Positions 37,388 to 46,155 of a stretch of 63,056 nucleotides of DNA are shown here, one piece after another; position 1 is the stretch's first letter; every line of letters begins with the position of its first letter. The stretch lies in assembly GCA_012735405.1 (NCBI GenBank), contig JAAYHM010000143.1:1-63056 (forward strand), given 5' to 3'. The translations under genes and the position numbers were made by a program. The DNA comes from Tissierellia bacterium. GTDB taxonomy: Bacteria; Bacillota; Clostridia; Tissierellales; Tepidimicrobiaceae. The notes beneath the pieces were generated by a model. That model did not search any database. It was not told the DNA's origin and saw only the letters and a list, made by a program, of their open reading frames with translations.

Positions 37388-38803
37388 TTAATACCCAATT
37401 CCTAATTCATCCAGTGCTTCTTTTACAAAATCTTCGTTGGATTTAGTGTCCTCAGCTAGGAATTTAATATCTTCTTCTGTTACCTTTTTAACATTTGTAT
37501 TTTTTATGCAATTTCTAATATAGGATTTTCTTAATCTATCAACATCTAAATCTGTGGCTTTGATATATCCTGGATCCTTAGGTAGTATTATATTTTTACC
37601 CGGTACTTCCTCTGTTGGATCACCAATTAATATTTCAATTCCATTTTTCCTTGCAAAAGTTAATTGAGGTTGAATATGCTTTCCTGCCCCAGTATATTCA
37701 GTTTCTTGTACTACTATTATTTGATCCTCATCCATTTCTTGTGCAAGATAGAAAGCTGCAGCTAAAGATGTATTTCCAGCAGGTCCTCTTTCAATACCTT
37801 CTAACTGTGCTAAAGCTTCAGTCATATAAAATACTGAACCTTGATTTACAGTAACATATCTATCAAGATACCTTAATGGTCTAGCTGCTGATCTTGGTAC
37901 ATCAGATCTGTCTGGCCATGTAGCAAAAGGAACTCCAAAGCCTGTATGTCCAGTTGTAAAGGATTTTCTGTTAAAATGAATATCACTTGCCATGTGTAAG
38001 CCACTTAAATCAACACTTGCTCCTATTATCTTACTTTGAGCTCCTGCCTTTAAAAGTCCCCTAGCAGTACCTGTTAAATTACCTCCTCCAGCATTTGTTA
38101 CAACTACTGCATCTGGGTCCCTGCCTTCCCTTTCCCTAAATTGCATTGCTAGCTCATATCCTAAAGTTTCTACACCAGCTATTGCAAAAGGAGTATACAA
38201 AGATGAGTTAAAGTATCCAGTTTCCTCCAATAAGACTAGGAAGGTATAAAATAGCTCAGGACCTACAGAAAGTTGAACAACTTCAGCACCAAAGGCTTCA
38301 CATTTTCTTGCTTTTTCAATTATTTCCGGTTGCCCTACTCCTCTAGAATCATAACATTCCTGTACTACTATGCATTTTAAACCTCTCATGGCAGCCTGGC
38401 TTGCTACAGCAGAACCATAATTTCCACTTGTTGCAGCTATTACACCTTTATAACCTAATTTTTGAGCATGATAGCATGAAGTAGCTGCTCTTCTTGCTTT
38501 AAAGCTTCCTGATGGATTTGCTGCCTCATCCTTTATAAATATTCTGGCTCCTTTACCCTTTGGAGCATACTTTCTTGCAAGTTTAGTTAAATTTTTAAGC
38601 TCCAACAATGGTGTATTGCCTACTCCAGTTTCTCTTTGTATTTTTTCAATTTCTTGTAAAGTATATCCCGTTTCCCTCATCATTCTTTCATAGTCAAAGG
38701 CAATACTTCCTGATTCAAACTCATCATAATCTATACCTACAGCTTTTTTCATTATTTCTCCTCTTCTAGCCATTACAGCTTCATAGCTCATATCTTTAGC
38801 CAT
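37388..38803 (-). CDS. ortB: 2-amino-4-ketopentanoate thiolase, beta subunit (PLP-dependent)
   Basis: Trp-synthase-beta fold, PLP lysine in NPSGSFKARRA, GNYG motif. Start ATG 38803 (MAKDMSY..) just after the ortA stop; alternative ATG at 38821. Confidence 0.85.
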   Translation of the reverse strand: MAKDMSYEAVMARRGEIMKKAVGIDYDEFESGSIAFDYERMMRETGYTLQEIEKIQRETGVGNTPLLELKNLTKLARKYAPKGKGARIFIKDEAANPSGSFKARRAATSCYHAQKLGYKGVIAATSGNYGSAVASQAAMRGLKCIVVQECYDSRGVGQPEIIEKARKCEAFGAEVVQLSVGPELFYTFLVLLEETGYFNSSLYTPFAIAGVETLGYELAMQFREREGRDPDAVVVTNAGGGNLTGTARGLLKAGAQSKIIGASVDLSGLHMASDIHFNRKSFTTGHTGFGVPFATWPDRSDVPRSAARPLRYLDRYVTVNQGSVFYMTEALAQLEGIERGPAGNTSLAAAFYLAQEMDEDQIIVVQETEYTGAGKHIQPQLTFARKNGIEILIGDPTEEVPGKNIILPKDPGYIKATDLDVDRLRKSYIRNCIKNTNVKKVTEEDIKFLAEDTKSNEDFVKEALDELGIGY

Positions 38804-38804
38804 A

Positions 38805-39110
38805 TTACTCACCGTCCTCATCCATTATTTTTCTTAGATGTCTACCTATATGAAGTAGTTCTGGAACAACCTCTCCAAAATCATGTTCCCAACGGGGATT
38901 AACCTCCACTAGTGTTCCTTTTGTTTTTCTTCCTATATAAGTTTCAATTTCTACCTCATCACCAATATTGGCCTCATCATTTAATAGAAATCCTTTAACC
39001 CACATTTCCAAGGGTACTTTCTTAGTATCCTCTGGCAAGTTTTCAGCCCTTTCTTCTGGCTTTAACACTATATTGTGTATCCTTACCCAATCACCTTTTT
39101 TAGCATCCAT
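38805..39110 (-). CDS. ortA: 2-amino-4-ketopentanoate thiolase, alpha subunit
   Basis: 101 aa small subunit immediately upstream of ortB. Typical MDAKKGDWVRIH.. N-terminus as I recall the family. Confidence 0.82.
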   Translation of the reverse strand: MDAKKGDWVRIHNIVLKPEERAENLPEDTKKVPLEMWVKGFLLNDEANIGDEVEIETYIGRKTKGTLVEVNPRWEHDFGEVVPELLHIGRHLRKIMDEDGE

Positions 39111-39141
39111 TTACCTCATCCTTTCTATAATAATTTTCAAG

Positions 39142-39180
39142 GATACTATCATAATCACTCCTTTGGATTATGATAGTATC
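39142..39180 (-). other. 15-bp perfect intercistronic hairpin between ord and ortA
   Basis: GATACTATCATAATC (39142..39156) / GATTATGATAGTATC (39166..39180), 9-nt loop. Confidence 0.5.
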
Positions 39181-39188
39181 ATCCTTTA

Positions 39189-40238
39189 TTACTCTTCAAT
39201 TAACTCTCTCATGTCTCCCATAATTGCTCTTGGGGCTGGTAAATCAATCATTGTCTTCAATCCTGGTCTAGCATTAATAACATGAGGAATCATATTAACA
39301 GTCATGGCAATTGTTCCTATTCCACCAGGAACTTCAGGAGTAATTTGCATATTTATATTTGGTGTACCTTTTATAGTGATATAGTCTCCTGTTTCTACTC
39401 CTTCTAATTGAGGTTCTACCTGTTGTGGGTGCACCATTTCAATCTTTAATTCTCCATCAACATATCCGTAGCCCTTCATATTACATCCTGCCACGTCACC
39501 AGGCTGTACTTCAGCATAAGGTGCCTTTCTATATACTTTTGAAACAATGGGCGCTCTTTCTAGCTTAATTTCATCACTTAATTTCCATCCTAAAGCATCT
39601 GCAATCATTGTAATTGATTCAGGGAATCCAATATGACCATCTAAATCGTTTTCCTCAACTCTCCTATTAAATTCTTCTACAGATATACCAACACCTTGTC
39701 CATGCATTACTGAAGGACCAAAAGGTGATAAGTTATTAATTCTTTCTGCTTTAATGCTTTCTACTTCTATACATGCTCCGGTAAGTACAATTACTAATAG
39801 GTCCATAATAAGGCCTGGGTTAATACCTGTGCCCAATACAGTTACCCCATTTTCCTTTGCAATTCTATCTAACTCTTTAGCTAGTTCTGGAGATTGTGCT
39901 TGTGGATATGCCATTTCTTCAGCAGTTGATATGACATTTATCTTTCTTTCTAGACAATACTTTATCTTATCAAATGAAGTTCTTGTATATGAATCAGTAG
40001 CTATTATGACTACATCTGCAGCCCCTTCTTTTATTACATCTTCATAGGATCCAGCTATTATATCAGGCCTGTCTCCTCTTTCAATGCCTGTTAACTCATA
40101 CATTGATTTTCCAATCTTTTGCCCTCTTACAACCGCACCTACTATCTCAACGCCTTTTTTGTTAAGTAAAGTTTCTACTATGCCTTTTCCCATAGCTCCT
40201 AAGCCCCATACTATTACTTTTACATTTTCCTTTCTCAT
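39189..40238 (-). CDS. ord: 2,4-diaminopentanoate dehydrogenase
   Basis: Rossmann VIVWGLGAMGKG. First gene after the sigma-54 promoter. Start ATG 40238 with GGAGGTG RBS (the track ORF extends to 40286). Confidence 0.85.
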   Translation of the reverse strand: MRKENVKVIVWGLGAMGKGIVETLLNKKGVEIVGAVVRGQKIGKSMYELTGIERGDRPDIIAGSYEDVIKEGAADVVIIATDSYTRTSFDKIKYCLERKINVISTAEEMAYPQAQSPELAKELDRIAKENGVTVLGTGINPGLIMDLLVIVLTGACIEVESIKAERINNLSPFGPSVMHGQGVGISVEEFNRRVEENDLDGHIGFPESITMIADALGWKLSDEIKLERAPIVSKVYRKAPYAEVQPGDVAGCNMKGYGYVDGELKIEMVHPQQVEPQLEGVETGDYITIKGTPNINMQITPEVPGGIGTIAMTVNMIPHVINARPGLKTMIDLPAPRAIMGDMRELIEE

Positions 40239-40285
40239 AAATACACCTCCAAAATAATAATTTATACTCACCCATTTTATATTCA

Positions 40286-40302
40286 TGCAAATTTCTTGCC
40301 AA
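40286..40302 (-). promoter_or_regulatory. sigma-54 (-24/-12) promoter of the ornithine operon
   Basis: Minus strand TTGGCAAGAAATTTGCA: GG and GC separated by exactly 10 nt (TGGCA-N6-TTGCA). It lies about 45 nt upstream of the ord ATG, with a sigma-54 activator gene immediately upstream. Confidence 0.78.
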
Positions 40303-40380
40303 TTTTTTTGTTTGCATTTTTCCCAAATTTTCCCTATAATCTAGCATCATTTTAAAATATTTTTGATTAGATTATAATAA

Positions 40381-40424
40381 AAGAGCAAAATAATTTGCAT
40401 AGTAATGCAAATTATTTTGCTCTT
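40381..40424 (-). promoter_or_regulatory. 44-nt perfect palindrome: terminator of the activator gene and/or enhancer (UAS) for the sigma-54 activator
   Basis: AAGAGCAAAATAATTTGCAT-AGTA-ATGCAAATTATTTTGCTCTT, 20-bp perfect arms. Spans the stop codon of the activator gene. Centre about 100 bp upstream of the -24 element. Core TTTGCAT/ATGCAAA recurs at 40311..40317. Confidence 0.6.
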
Positions 40425-41842
40425 TTGAAGTATTTTTTAATTTTATGCTGTAGGGTCTGTCTTTTAATTCCTAACTCTTTAGCTGTTTTTGATATATTAT
40501 TTTGATTTTTTTTCAGTTTTTCTAATATAATCTTCCTTTCTATTTCCTCCAAATAATAAGGTAGAGGCTTGTCTAAATTAAATACATTAGCATTTAAAGA
40601 ATTACTGTCATTGAATATGTTAGCATTTGTGATAAAATCTTCTTTTTCAAGATATTTTCTATTTAGAGGTGCACAATTCATTGCTGATTCTATAACATTT
40701 TCTAATTCCCTAACATTTCCAGGCCAAGAATACTTATAAAAAGCTTCCAAAACTCTGTCATCTATTCCCAATATATTTCTATTCAAAATATAATTATATT
40801 TATTTATAAAATGATTGGATAATATTTCAATATCACCTTTTCTATCTCTTAATGGAGGAATTTTTAAATAAATGACATTTAGCCGGTAGTATAAATCTTT
40901 TCTTAATCGTCCTTTTTTAATACTTAGAAGGGGATCTTCATTAGTAGTTGCAATTATCCTAACATCTATTGGAATGTCCTTTAATCCGCCAATACGCCTA
41001 ATGTATCCTTCCTGTAGCACTCTTAGGAGCTTAGATTGTAAAGCTTCAGACATTGAATTAATTTCATCTAATAGTAAAGTGCCTCCATCAGCTTGTTCAA
41101 ATATGCCTTCTCTTGCTACAGCTCCTGTAAATCCTCCTTTTTCTGTACCAAAAAGTATTCCTTCCAAGAGGGTTTCAGGTATGGCTGCACAATTTTGTGC
41201 TATAAAGGGCTTGTCTTTTCTGTTGCCACCATAGTGTATGCTCTGTGCAAATAATTCTTTGCCAGTCCCTGTTTCTCCGTATATTAACACTGATGAAGAA
41301 GTGTTGCTAGCACGTTTTGCAATTTCTTTTAACTCTAAAATTTTTTCATCTTCTCCTATAATATCTATAAAGCTATATTTCTTAATTTTTTTCTTATTGC
41401 TGTGTTTATTAGCTTGGGCGCTTATATTTAATTCATTTTGCAAATCCATAAGTTTTTCCGATAGTTCTTTTACATATGTTATATCTTTAGCAATTTCCAG
41501 AGCACCTACTACCTTATCTTTTATAAATATTGGCAAAGTTGTATTAACAGTAAATATCTTTTTCCCTTTTGAGTTAATATATATTTGAGCTTTGTTGAAA
41601 ATAGGTTTTTTTTCTGTTAAAGCATTAATTAATGTGGAAGAATTTTCATCTAAGCTAGGAAAAACTTCTAATAGATCCCTATTCAATACTTGTGTAGGGT
41701 CAAGCCCCTCAATTCTTCCCATTGCATCATTGTAAACAATAGTTTTTCTATTCTCATCTATAACATGTATACCAATATCTATATTATGCAAAATATTTTG
41801 CAGTAGCGCATTGTTGAAAGCATTCTTATCCATAAATACCAT
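40412..41842 (-). CDS. sigma-54-dependent transcriptional activator (PAS sensor, AAA+, Fis-type HTH)
   Basis: 476 aa. Walker A GETGTGKE, GAFTGA-type loop EKGGFTGA, C-terminal HTH ISKTAKELGIKRQTLQHKIKKY. Alternative start ATG 41833. Confidence 0.9.
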   Translation of the reverse strand: MVFMDKNAFNNALLQNILHNIDIGIHVIDENRKTIVYNDAMGRIEGLDPTQVLNRDLLEVFPSLDENSSTLINALTEKKPIFNKAQIYINSKGKKIFTVNTTLPIFIKDKVVGALEIAKDITYVKELSEKLMDLQNELNISAQANKHSNKKKIKKYSFIDIIGEDEKILELKEIAKRASNTSSSVLIYGETGTGKELFAQSIHYGGNRKDKPFIAQNCAAIPETLLEGILFGTEKGGFTGAVAREGIFEQADGGTLLLDEINSMSEALQSKLLRVLQEGYIRRIGGLKDIPIDVRIIATTNEDPLLSIKKGRLRKDLYYRLNVIYLKIPPLRDRKGDIEILSNHFINKYNYILNRNILGIDDRVLEAFYKYSWPGNVRELENVIESAMNCAPLNRKYLEKEDFITNANIFNDSNSLNANVFNLDKPLPYYLEEIERKIILEKLKKNQNNISKTAKELGIKRQTLQHKIKKYFKRAK

Positions 41843-41860
41843 CCTAACATATAGTAATTT

Positions 41861-42595
41861 TTATACTAATGAAATACCAGCTATCATCCTCTGATCTGTT
41901 CCTTTTTCTTTCCTATATGAATATAATTTATTTATATTGCAACTGGTACACATATTTGACAGTATTATGTTTTCCTTTGGAATTCCTTTTTCTCTTAATT
42001 GTAAAAAATTAGTTTTCCATAAATCTAAATATATTTTTCCATTCCTATTAACAATTATATCTTTATAATCCTTGTATCTATTTATAAACAGATTAGATAC
42101 ATCCTCTCCAACTTCATAGCAACAAGGACCTATAGAGGGTCCAATGGCTACCAGTATATCTTCTATATGTGAGTTGTAAAACCCCACCATATTATCTATC
42201 ATTTTACCCACAATATTTCCTAAAGTACCTTTCCATCCTCCATGGGCTATACCAACAATTTTCTTTTTCCTATCTACAAAATATATGGGAACACAGTCAG
42301 CATGATAGGTTATTAGCAGCATATCAGGCAAATGGGTTATAATTCCGTCATATTCTCTTTTACTGGCTTTAGTTGATAACTTATTAAGTGAATCAATGAT
42401 TAGTATATCGGTTTTATGTACCTGATTTACATTTACAATCCTTTCCATATCAATGTTAAATAATCTAGACAAGATTTCCTTATGATTTTCCTTAGTCCAC
42501 CCAATTCTACTGGTAAATATATGTCTTACAAATCCTAAATCATTAAGTTCTTTAAATTGCAGGTATAAAAGCTCTCCTTCTCTTTTTTCAATCAT
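41861..42595 (-). CDS. pgeF: peptidoglycan editing factor PgeF (YfiH/YlmD, laccase-domain protein)
   Basis: 244 aa. HADCVP, HGGWKG and C-terminal CTSC..YSYR motifs. Confidence 0.85.
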   Translation of the reverse strand: MIEKREGELLYLQFKELNDLGFVRHIFTSRIGWTKENHKEILSRLFNIDMERIVNVNQVHKTDILIIDSLNKLSTKASKREYDGIITHLPDMLLITYHADCVPIYFVDRKKKIVGIAHGGWKGTLGNIVGKMIDNMVGFYNSHIEDILVAIGPSIGPCCYEVGEDVSNLFINRYKDYKDIIVNRNGKIYLDLWKTNFLQLREKGIPKENIILSNMCTSCNINKLYSYRKEKGTDQRMIAGISLV

Positions 42596-42613
42596 TAATT
42601 AGCACCACCAGTT

Positions 42614-43069
42614 CTATTTTTCATTTAACAATTTCTTTAACTCCTCCATAAAAGTATTTATATCCTTAAACTGTCTATATACTGATGCAAATCTTACATA
42701 GGATACTTCATCTACTTCTTTAAGCTTATCCATTACCATTTGTCCAATCATTTCGCTAGTAACTTCTTTCTCCATTAAGTTGTACAGTTCCTTTTCTATC
42801 TCATCAACTATTTCCTCTATTTTAGTTAAAGGCACAGGTCTTTTTTCACAGGCCTTTAAAATTCCATTTAATATTTTATTTCTATCAAATAGTTGCCTAT
42901 TGCCATCCTTTTTGATTACTATAAGAGGGGTTTTTTCCATTTTTTCATAGGTTGTAAATCTTTTCAGACATCTTAAGCATTCTCGCCTTCTTCTTATAGC
43001 CTGTCCTTCATCTGTTGGCCTTGAATCAACTACCTTTGTTTCATGAAAATTGCAGAATGGACAGTTCAT
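42614..43069 (-). CDS. nrdR: transcriptional repressor NrdR
   Basis: Zinc ribbon CPFC..CLRC plus ATP-cone. ATG 43069 with GGAGGTGAG RBS (the track starts at TTG 43072). Confidence 0.93.
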   Translation of the reverse strand: MNCPFCNFHETKVVDSRPTDEGQAIRRRRECLRCLKRFTTYEKMEKTPLIVIKKDGNRQLFDRNKILNGILKACEKRPVPLTKIEEIVDEIEKELYNLMEKEVTSEMIGQMVMDKLKEVDEVSYVRFASVYRQFKDINTFMEELKKLLNEK

Positions 43070-43116
43070 CAACTCACCTCCAAGCTCTCCTTTATTTGAT
43101 TATAATATATCTATTT

Positions 43117-43377
43117 TCATTTGTCTAATTGTATAGTTTCATTAGTTTCCATGTCAACCAAAATAATATCTTGTCCAATTTTAAATATATTTTGCCAAGG
43201 TATATATAAATCTCTATTTTTACTAAATATATTCAATACTTTTCCATAAGATGGTACTATAGCAGCAACAACCTTTCCGTTTTCCAAGTCTATTTCAAAA
43301 TCATATATAAATCCTAATCTTTCACCATTTCTAATATTAATAACTTCCTTTTCCTTCATTTCAGATAAGTTAATCAT
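43117..43377 (-). CDS. ylmC: YlmC/YmxH family sporulation protein (PRC barrel)
   Basis: 86 aa. LSEMKEKEVINIRNGERLG motif. Position downstream of sigG as in Bacillus/Clostridium. Confidence 0.8.
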   Translation of the reverse strand: MINLSEMKEKEVINIRNGERLGFIYDFEIDLENGKVVAAIVPSYGKVLNIFSKNRDLYIPWQNIFKIGQDIILVDMETNETIQLDK

Positions 43378-43459
43378 TACCTCACCTCTTCTTAAATATC
43401 TCTTAATATATATATTGAGATTGGCCTTTAAAATATTACTAAAATTTGGTGAGGTAATG
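43375..43459 (-). promoter_or_regulatory. 12-nt anti-SD/anti-start sequence pairing with the ylmC translation initiation region
   Basis: CATTACCTCACC (43375..43386) and GGTGAGGTAATG (43448..43459) are perfect reverse complements, 61 nt apart. On the mRNA the upstream copy can pair with GGUGAGGUAAUG, which is the ylmC SD plus AUG. Confidence 0.4.
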
Positions 43460-43466
43460 ACTTTTC

Positions 43467-44249
43467 TTATATCAACTTCCTCATTTGCCTTAGGGCATTT
43501 TTTTCCAGCCTTGATACTTGTGCTTGAGAAATGCCTATTTCTTCAGCAACTTCCATTTGGGTCTTTCCTTCAAAAAATCTTAAATTTAAAATATGTCTTT
43601 CTCTTTTATTTAGTTTATTTATTGCTTCCCTAATGGCTATTGACTGAAGCCACACTTCATCTTCTGACTTCTCATCTTTAACTTGATCTACCACATAGAT
43701 AGCATCACCACTGTCATGGTATATAGGTTCAAATAAGGATATAGGATCCTGTATTGCATCTAAAGCAAAAACTATTTCTTCCTTTGGAAGGTTTAATTCA
43801 TTTGCTATTTCTGTTATGGTAGGCTCTTTAGAATTTTTATTAATCAATTGCTCCCTGGCTTGCAAAGCTTTATATGCTATATCCCTTAAAGATCTACTTA
43901 CTCGAATTGGATTATTATCTCTAAGATACCTTCTAATTTCTCCAATTATCATAGGCACAGCATAGGTTGAAAATCTAACATTTTGGCTTAAATCAAAATT
44001 GTCTATTGCCTTAATTAACCCAATACATCCTACTTGAAAAAGGTCATCTAAGTTTTCTCCTCGTCTATTGAATCGTTGTATAATACTTAATACTAATCTT
44101 AAATTTCCTTGTATAAATTTTTCTCTTGCTTTTTTATCTCCTGCCTTTATTTTGACAAATAGCTTTTGCATCTCTTCATTTGTTAATACTGGCAATTCAG
44201 ATGTATTAACTCCACAAATTTCAACCTTGTTTGAATTCACTTTCTTCAT
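43467..44249 (-). CDS. sigG: sporulation sigma factor SigG
   Basis: 260 aa. KVEICGVNTSELPVL N-terminus characteristic of SigG/SigF. Location directly after sigE. Confidence 0.9.
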   Translation of the reverse strand: MKKVNSNKVEICGVNTSELPVLTNEEMQKLFVKIKAGDKKAREKFIQGNLRLVLSIIQRFNRRGENLDDLFQVGCIGLIKAIDNFDLSQNVRFSTYAVPMIIGEIRRYLRDNNPIRVSRSLRDIAYKALQAREQLINKNSKEPTITEIANELNLPKEEIVFALDAIQDPISLFEPIYHDSGDAIYVVDQVKDEKSEDEVWLQSIAIREAINKLNKRERHILNLRFFEGKTQMEVAEEIGISQAQVSRLEKNALRQMRKLI

Positions 44250-44283
44250 TCCTTTCGCTTAAATTGCCCCTTTTACTTTTAAA

Positions 44284-44311
44284 ATTATTACCTGATGTAA
44301 TTTTTTTATTC
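44284..44311 (-). promoter_or_regulatory. forespore-type (SigF/SigG-like) promoter candidate upstream of sigG
   Basis: Minus strand GAATA (44311..44307), 14 nt, GGTAATAAT (44292..44284). Resembles the GnATA ... GGnnAnAAT forespore promoter pattern. Confidence 0.4.
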
Positions 44312-44347
44312 AATTATAATATGCCAATAATAACCAATTATATCTAT

Positions 44348-44373
44348 AAAAAAAAGACAGCTCTTAAGCTGTC
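44348..44373 (-). terminator. rho-independent terminator after sigE
   Basis: GACAGCT (44356..44362) / AGCTGTC (44367..44373), followed by U8 on the minus strand. Confidence 0.8.
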
Positions 44374-45085
44374 ACATTAATTTTACCATTTCTTTTTTTA
44401 ATCTCTTAATTATTCTTTTTTCTAATCTAGATATATAAGACTGGGAAATTCCTAACAGGTCTGCAACTTCCTTTTGTGTTTTTTCCTTCCCAGTTTTTAA
44501 TCCAAATCTTAATTCAACTATAGTTTTTTCTCTTCTGGAAAGCTTAGCAATTGCTTGATTTAAAAGCTCCCTATCAACTTCATCCTCAAGAAGCTTAAAT
44601 ATAATATCTCCATCTGTACCTAATATATCAGATAATAATAACTCATTTCCATCCCAATCAACATTTAAGGGTTCATCAAGAGATACTTCGGATTTTGTCT
44701 TGCTGTTCCTTCTTAAATACATTAGAATTTCATTTTCTATACACTTGGATGCATAAGTTGCAAGCTTTATATTCTTATCGGGATTAAAAGTATTTACAGC
44801 CTTAATAAGTCCAATGGTACCAATTGAAACCAAATCTTCTATGTTAATACCTGTATTTTCAAATTTTTTTGCAATATATACGACAAGTCTTAAATTTCTT
44901 TCTATTAAAATACTTTTTATACTGTCATCATATTTTAGCTTGCTAATAAAATAGCTTTCTTCTTCCGGTTCCAAAGGAGGTGGAAGTACTTCACCACTTC
45001 CAATATAATAAATACTTTCTAAAAAACCTAATTTACTTAATATTTTGTATAAATTCCATTTTAACTTAATAAAAGCTAATTTCAA
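44372..45085 (-). CDS. sigE: sporulation sigma factor SigE (pro-sigma-E)
   Basis: 237 aa. N-terminal pro-sequence then [13 protein letters not shown]..., [24 protein letters not shown]. Directly after spoIIGA. Confidence 0.92.
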   Translation of the reverse strand: MKLAFIKLKWNLYKILSKLGFLESIYYIGSGEVLPPPLEPEEESYFISKLKYDDSIKSILIERNLRLVVYIAKKFENTGINIEDLVSIGTIGLIKAVNTFNPDKNIKLATYASKCIENEILMYLRRNSKTKSEVSLDEPLNVDWDGNELLLSDILGTDGDIIFKLLEDEVDRELLNQAIAKLSRREKTIVELRFGLKTGKEKTQKEVADLLGISQSYISRLEKRIIKRLKKEMVKLM

Positions 45086-45097
45086 ATTTTCTACCTC

Positions 45098-45994
45098 CTA
45101 TCCTAATATTTCAGGATGCAATAGCCCAGTATACTGCTCATCTTGTGCTAATTTGTTATTATAAATAGCAACAATAATTCCTTCCTTCAATCTCCTTGTC
45201 TCATTTTCTAAATATATGCTGATACTATCTGGTTTAAAGCCAATTAAAATACCGTTTTCATTTCCTATGGATTTAAATGGTATTAATCTAAGTTTTATAT
45301 CATCACCAATCTCTTCCATTACCTTAGCTATTTTATTTAAATCCAAATGATCTTCTTCAACATAAATTTTTCTTAAACTTTTAGGTAGTATTTCCTTTAA
45401 AGAATTATATTCTGCTATTATAACTGGTTCTTGTGATATAGGTTCCTTCAAAGAATTTCCTGTATCAATAAGAGCTGTTAAGTTTGCTTTTTTGTCATTT
45501 AAGCTAATTGTAATATTGGTTAAGAACCTTTCTTTCTGTATTTTCGATTTATGGTATTTAAAAATATAATGAATTAATATAATTGCAAGGCCTATACCAG
45601 TTATTAAATATCTTATTAGTTCTTTTTCATTAGTAAAGGATATTTTAGCAGATAAAGTATTATTATTTAAAATATAATATATCCCTATAATAGTTCCAGC
45701 AAAGGCAAAAGAAACTAGATAAAAAGCAGAAATTTGCTTTAAAAAAGTATTAAATTTTTCCGGATTGAAGGCTATTAATATCATCAGTACAGACACTAAA
45801 AACTTTATAGCAAAACCACCCATAAAATTAAATAGGGGTAAAAATGCTATAAGTATATATAAGGAACCAATGAAGGAAGAAATAAGTAATCTATATTTGT
45901 TACTTTTTGCTTTTACTATCATTTTAGTTACCTGTAATATAACAAAATTAATTACCATATTTTCTATTAAAATGTATTCAGCATATACATACAA
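45098..45994 (-). CDS. spoIIGA: sigma-E processing peptidase SpoIIGA
   Basis: 298 aa. Five N-terminal TM helices and the aspartic protease motif LIDTGNSL. TTG start with TAAGGAGG RBS. Confidence 0.88.
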   Translation of the reverse strand: MYVYAEYILIENMVINFVILQVTKMIVKAKSNKYRLLISSFIGSLYILIAFLPLFNFMGGFAIKFLVSVLMILIAFNPEKFNTFLKQISAFYLVSFAFAGTIIGIYYILNNNTLSAKISFTNEKELIRYLITGIGLAIILIHYIFKYHKSKIQKERFLTNITISLNDKKANLTALIDTGNSLKEPISQEPVIIAEYNSLKEILPKSLRKIYVEEDHLDLNKIAKVMEEIGDDIKLRLIPFKSIGNENGILIGFKPDSISIYLENETRRLKEGIIVAIYNNKLAQDEQYTGLLHPEILG

Positions 45995-46094
45995 CTTGAT
46001 ACCTCCTTAGCTATATTAAAACCTTATTCATAGCTTATATTATTTATGTCTATTATATATAATATATTTTTAAAAATTTGTCGTTATGAGTAAA

Positions 46095-46133
46095 TAAAAA
46101 AAACGTATCTCAAATTATGAGAAACGTTTTTTT
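46095..46133 (-). terminator. rho-independent terminator after ftsZ
   Basis: AACGTATCTCA (46102..46112) / TGAGAAACGTT (46118..46128), flanked by A8 and T7 runs (bidirectional appearance). Confidence 0.75.
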
Positions 46134-46155
46134 GACATTTTATTTTAAAAGAATA

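Noticed and set aside
40162-40350. 62-aa minus-strand ORF spanning the sigma-54 promoter and the ord start.
   Set aside because: It is out of frame with ord and covers promoter and RBS sequence. The true ord start (ATG 40238 with GGAGGTG) explains the region.
46070-46095. Spo0A box candidate TTTGTCGTTA (46077..46086) upstream of spoIIGA.
   Set aside because: It matches TGTCGAA at only 5 of 7 positions, is a single copy and has ambiguous orientation. This is not enough to call without a species-specific matrix.
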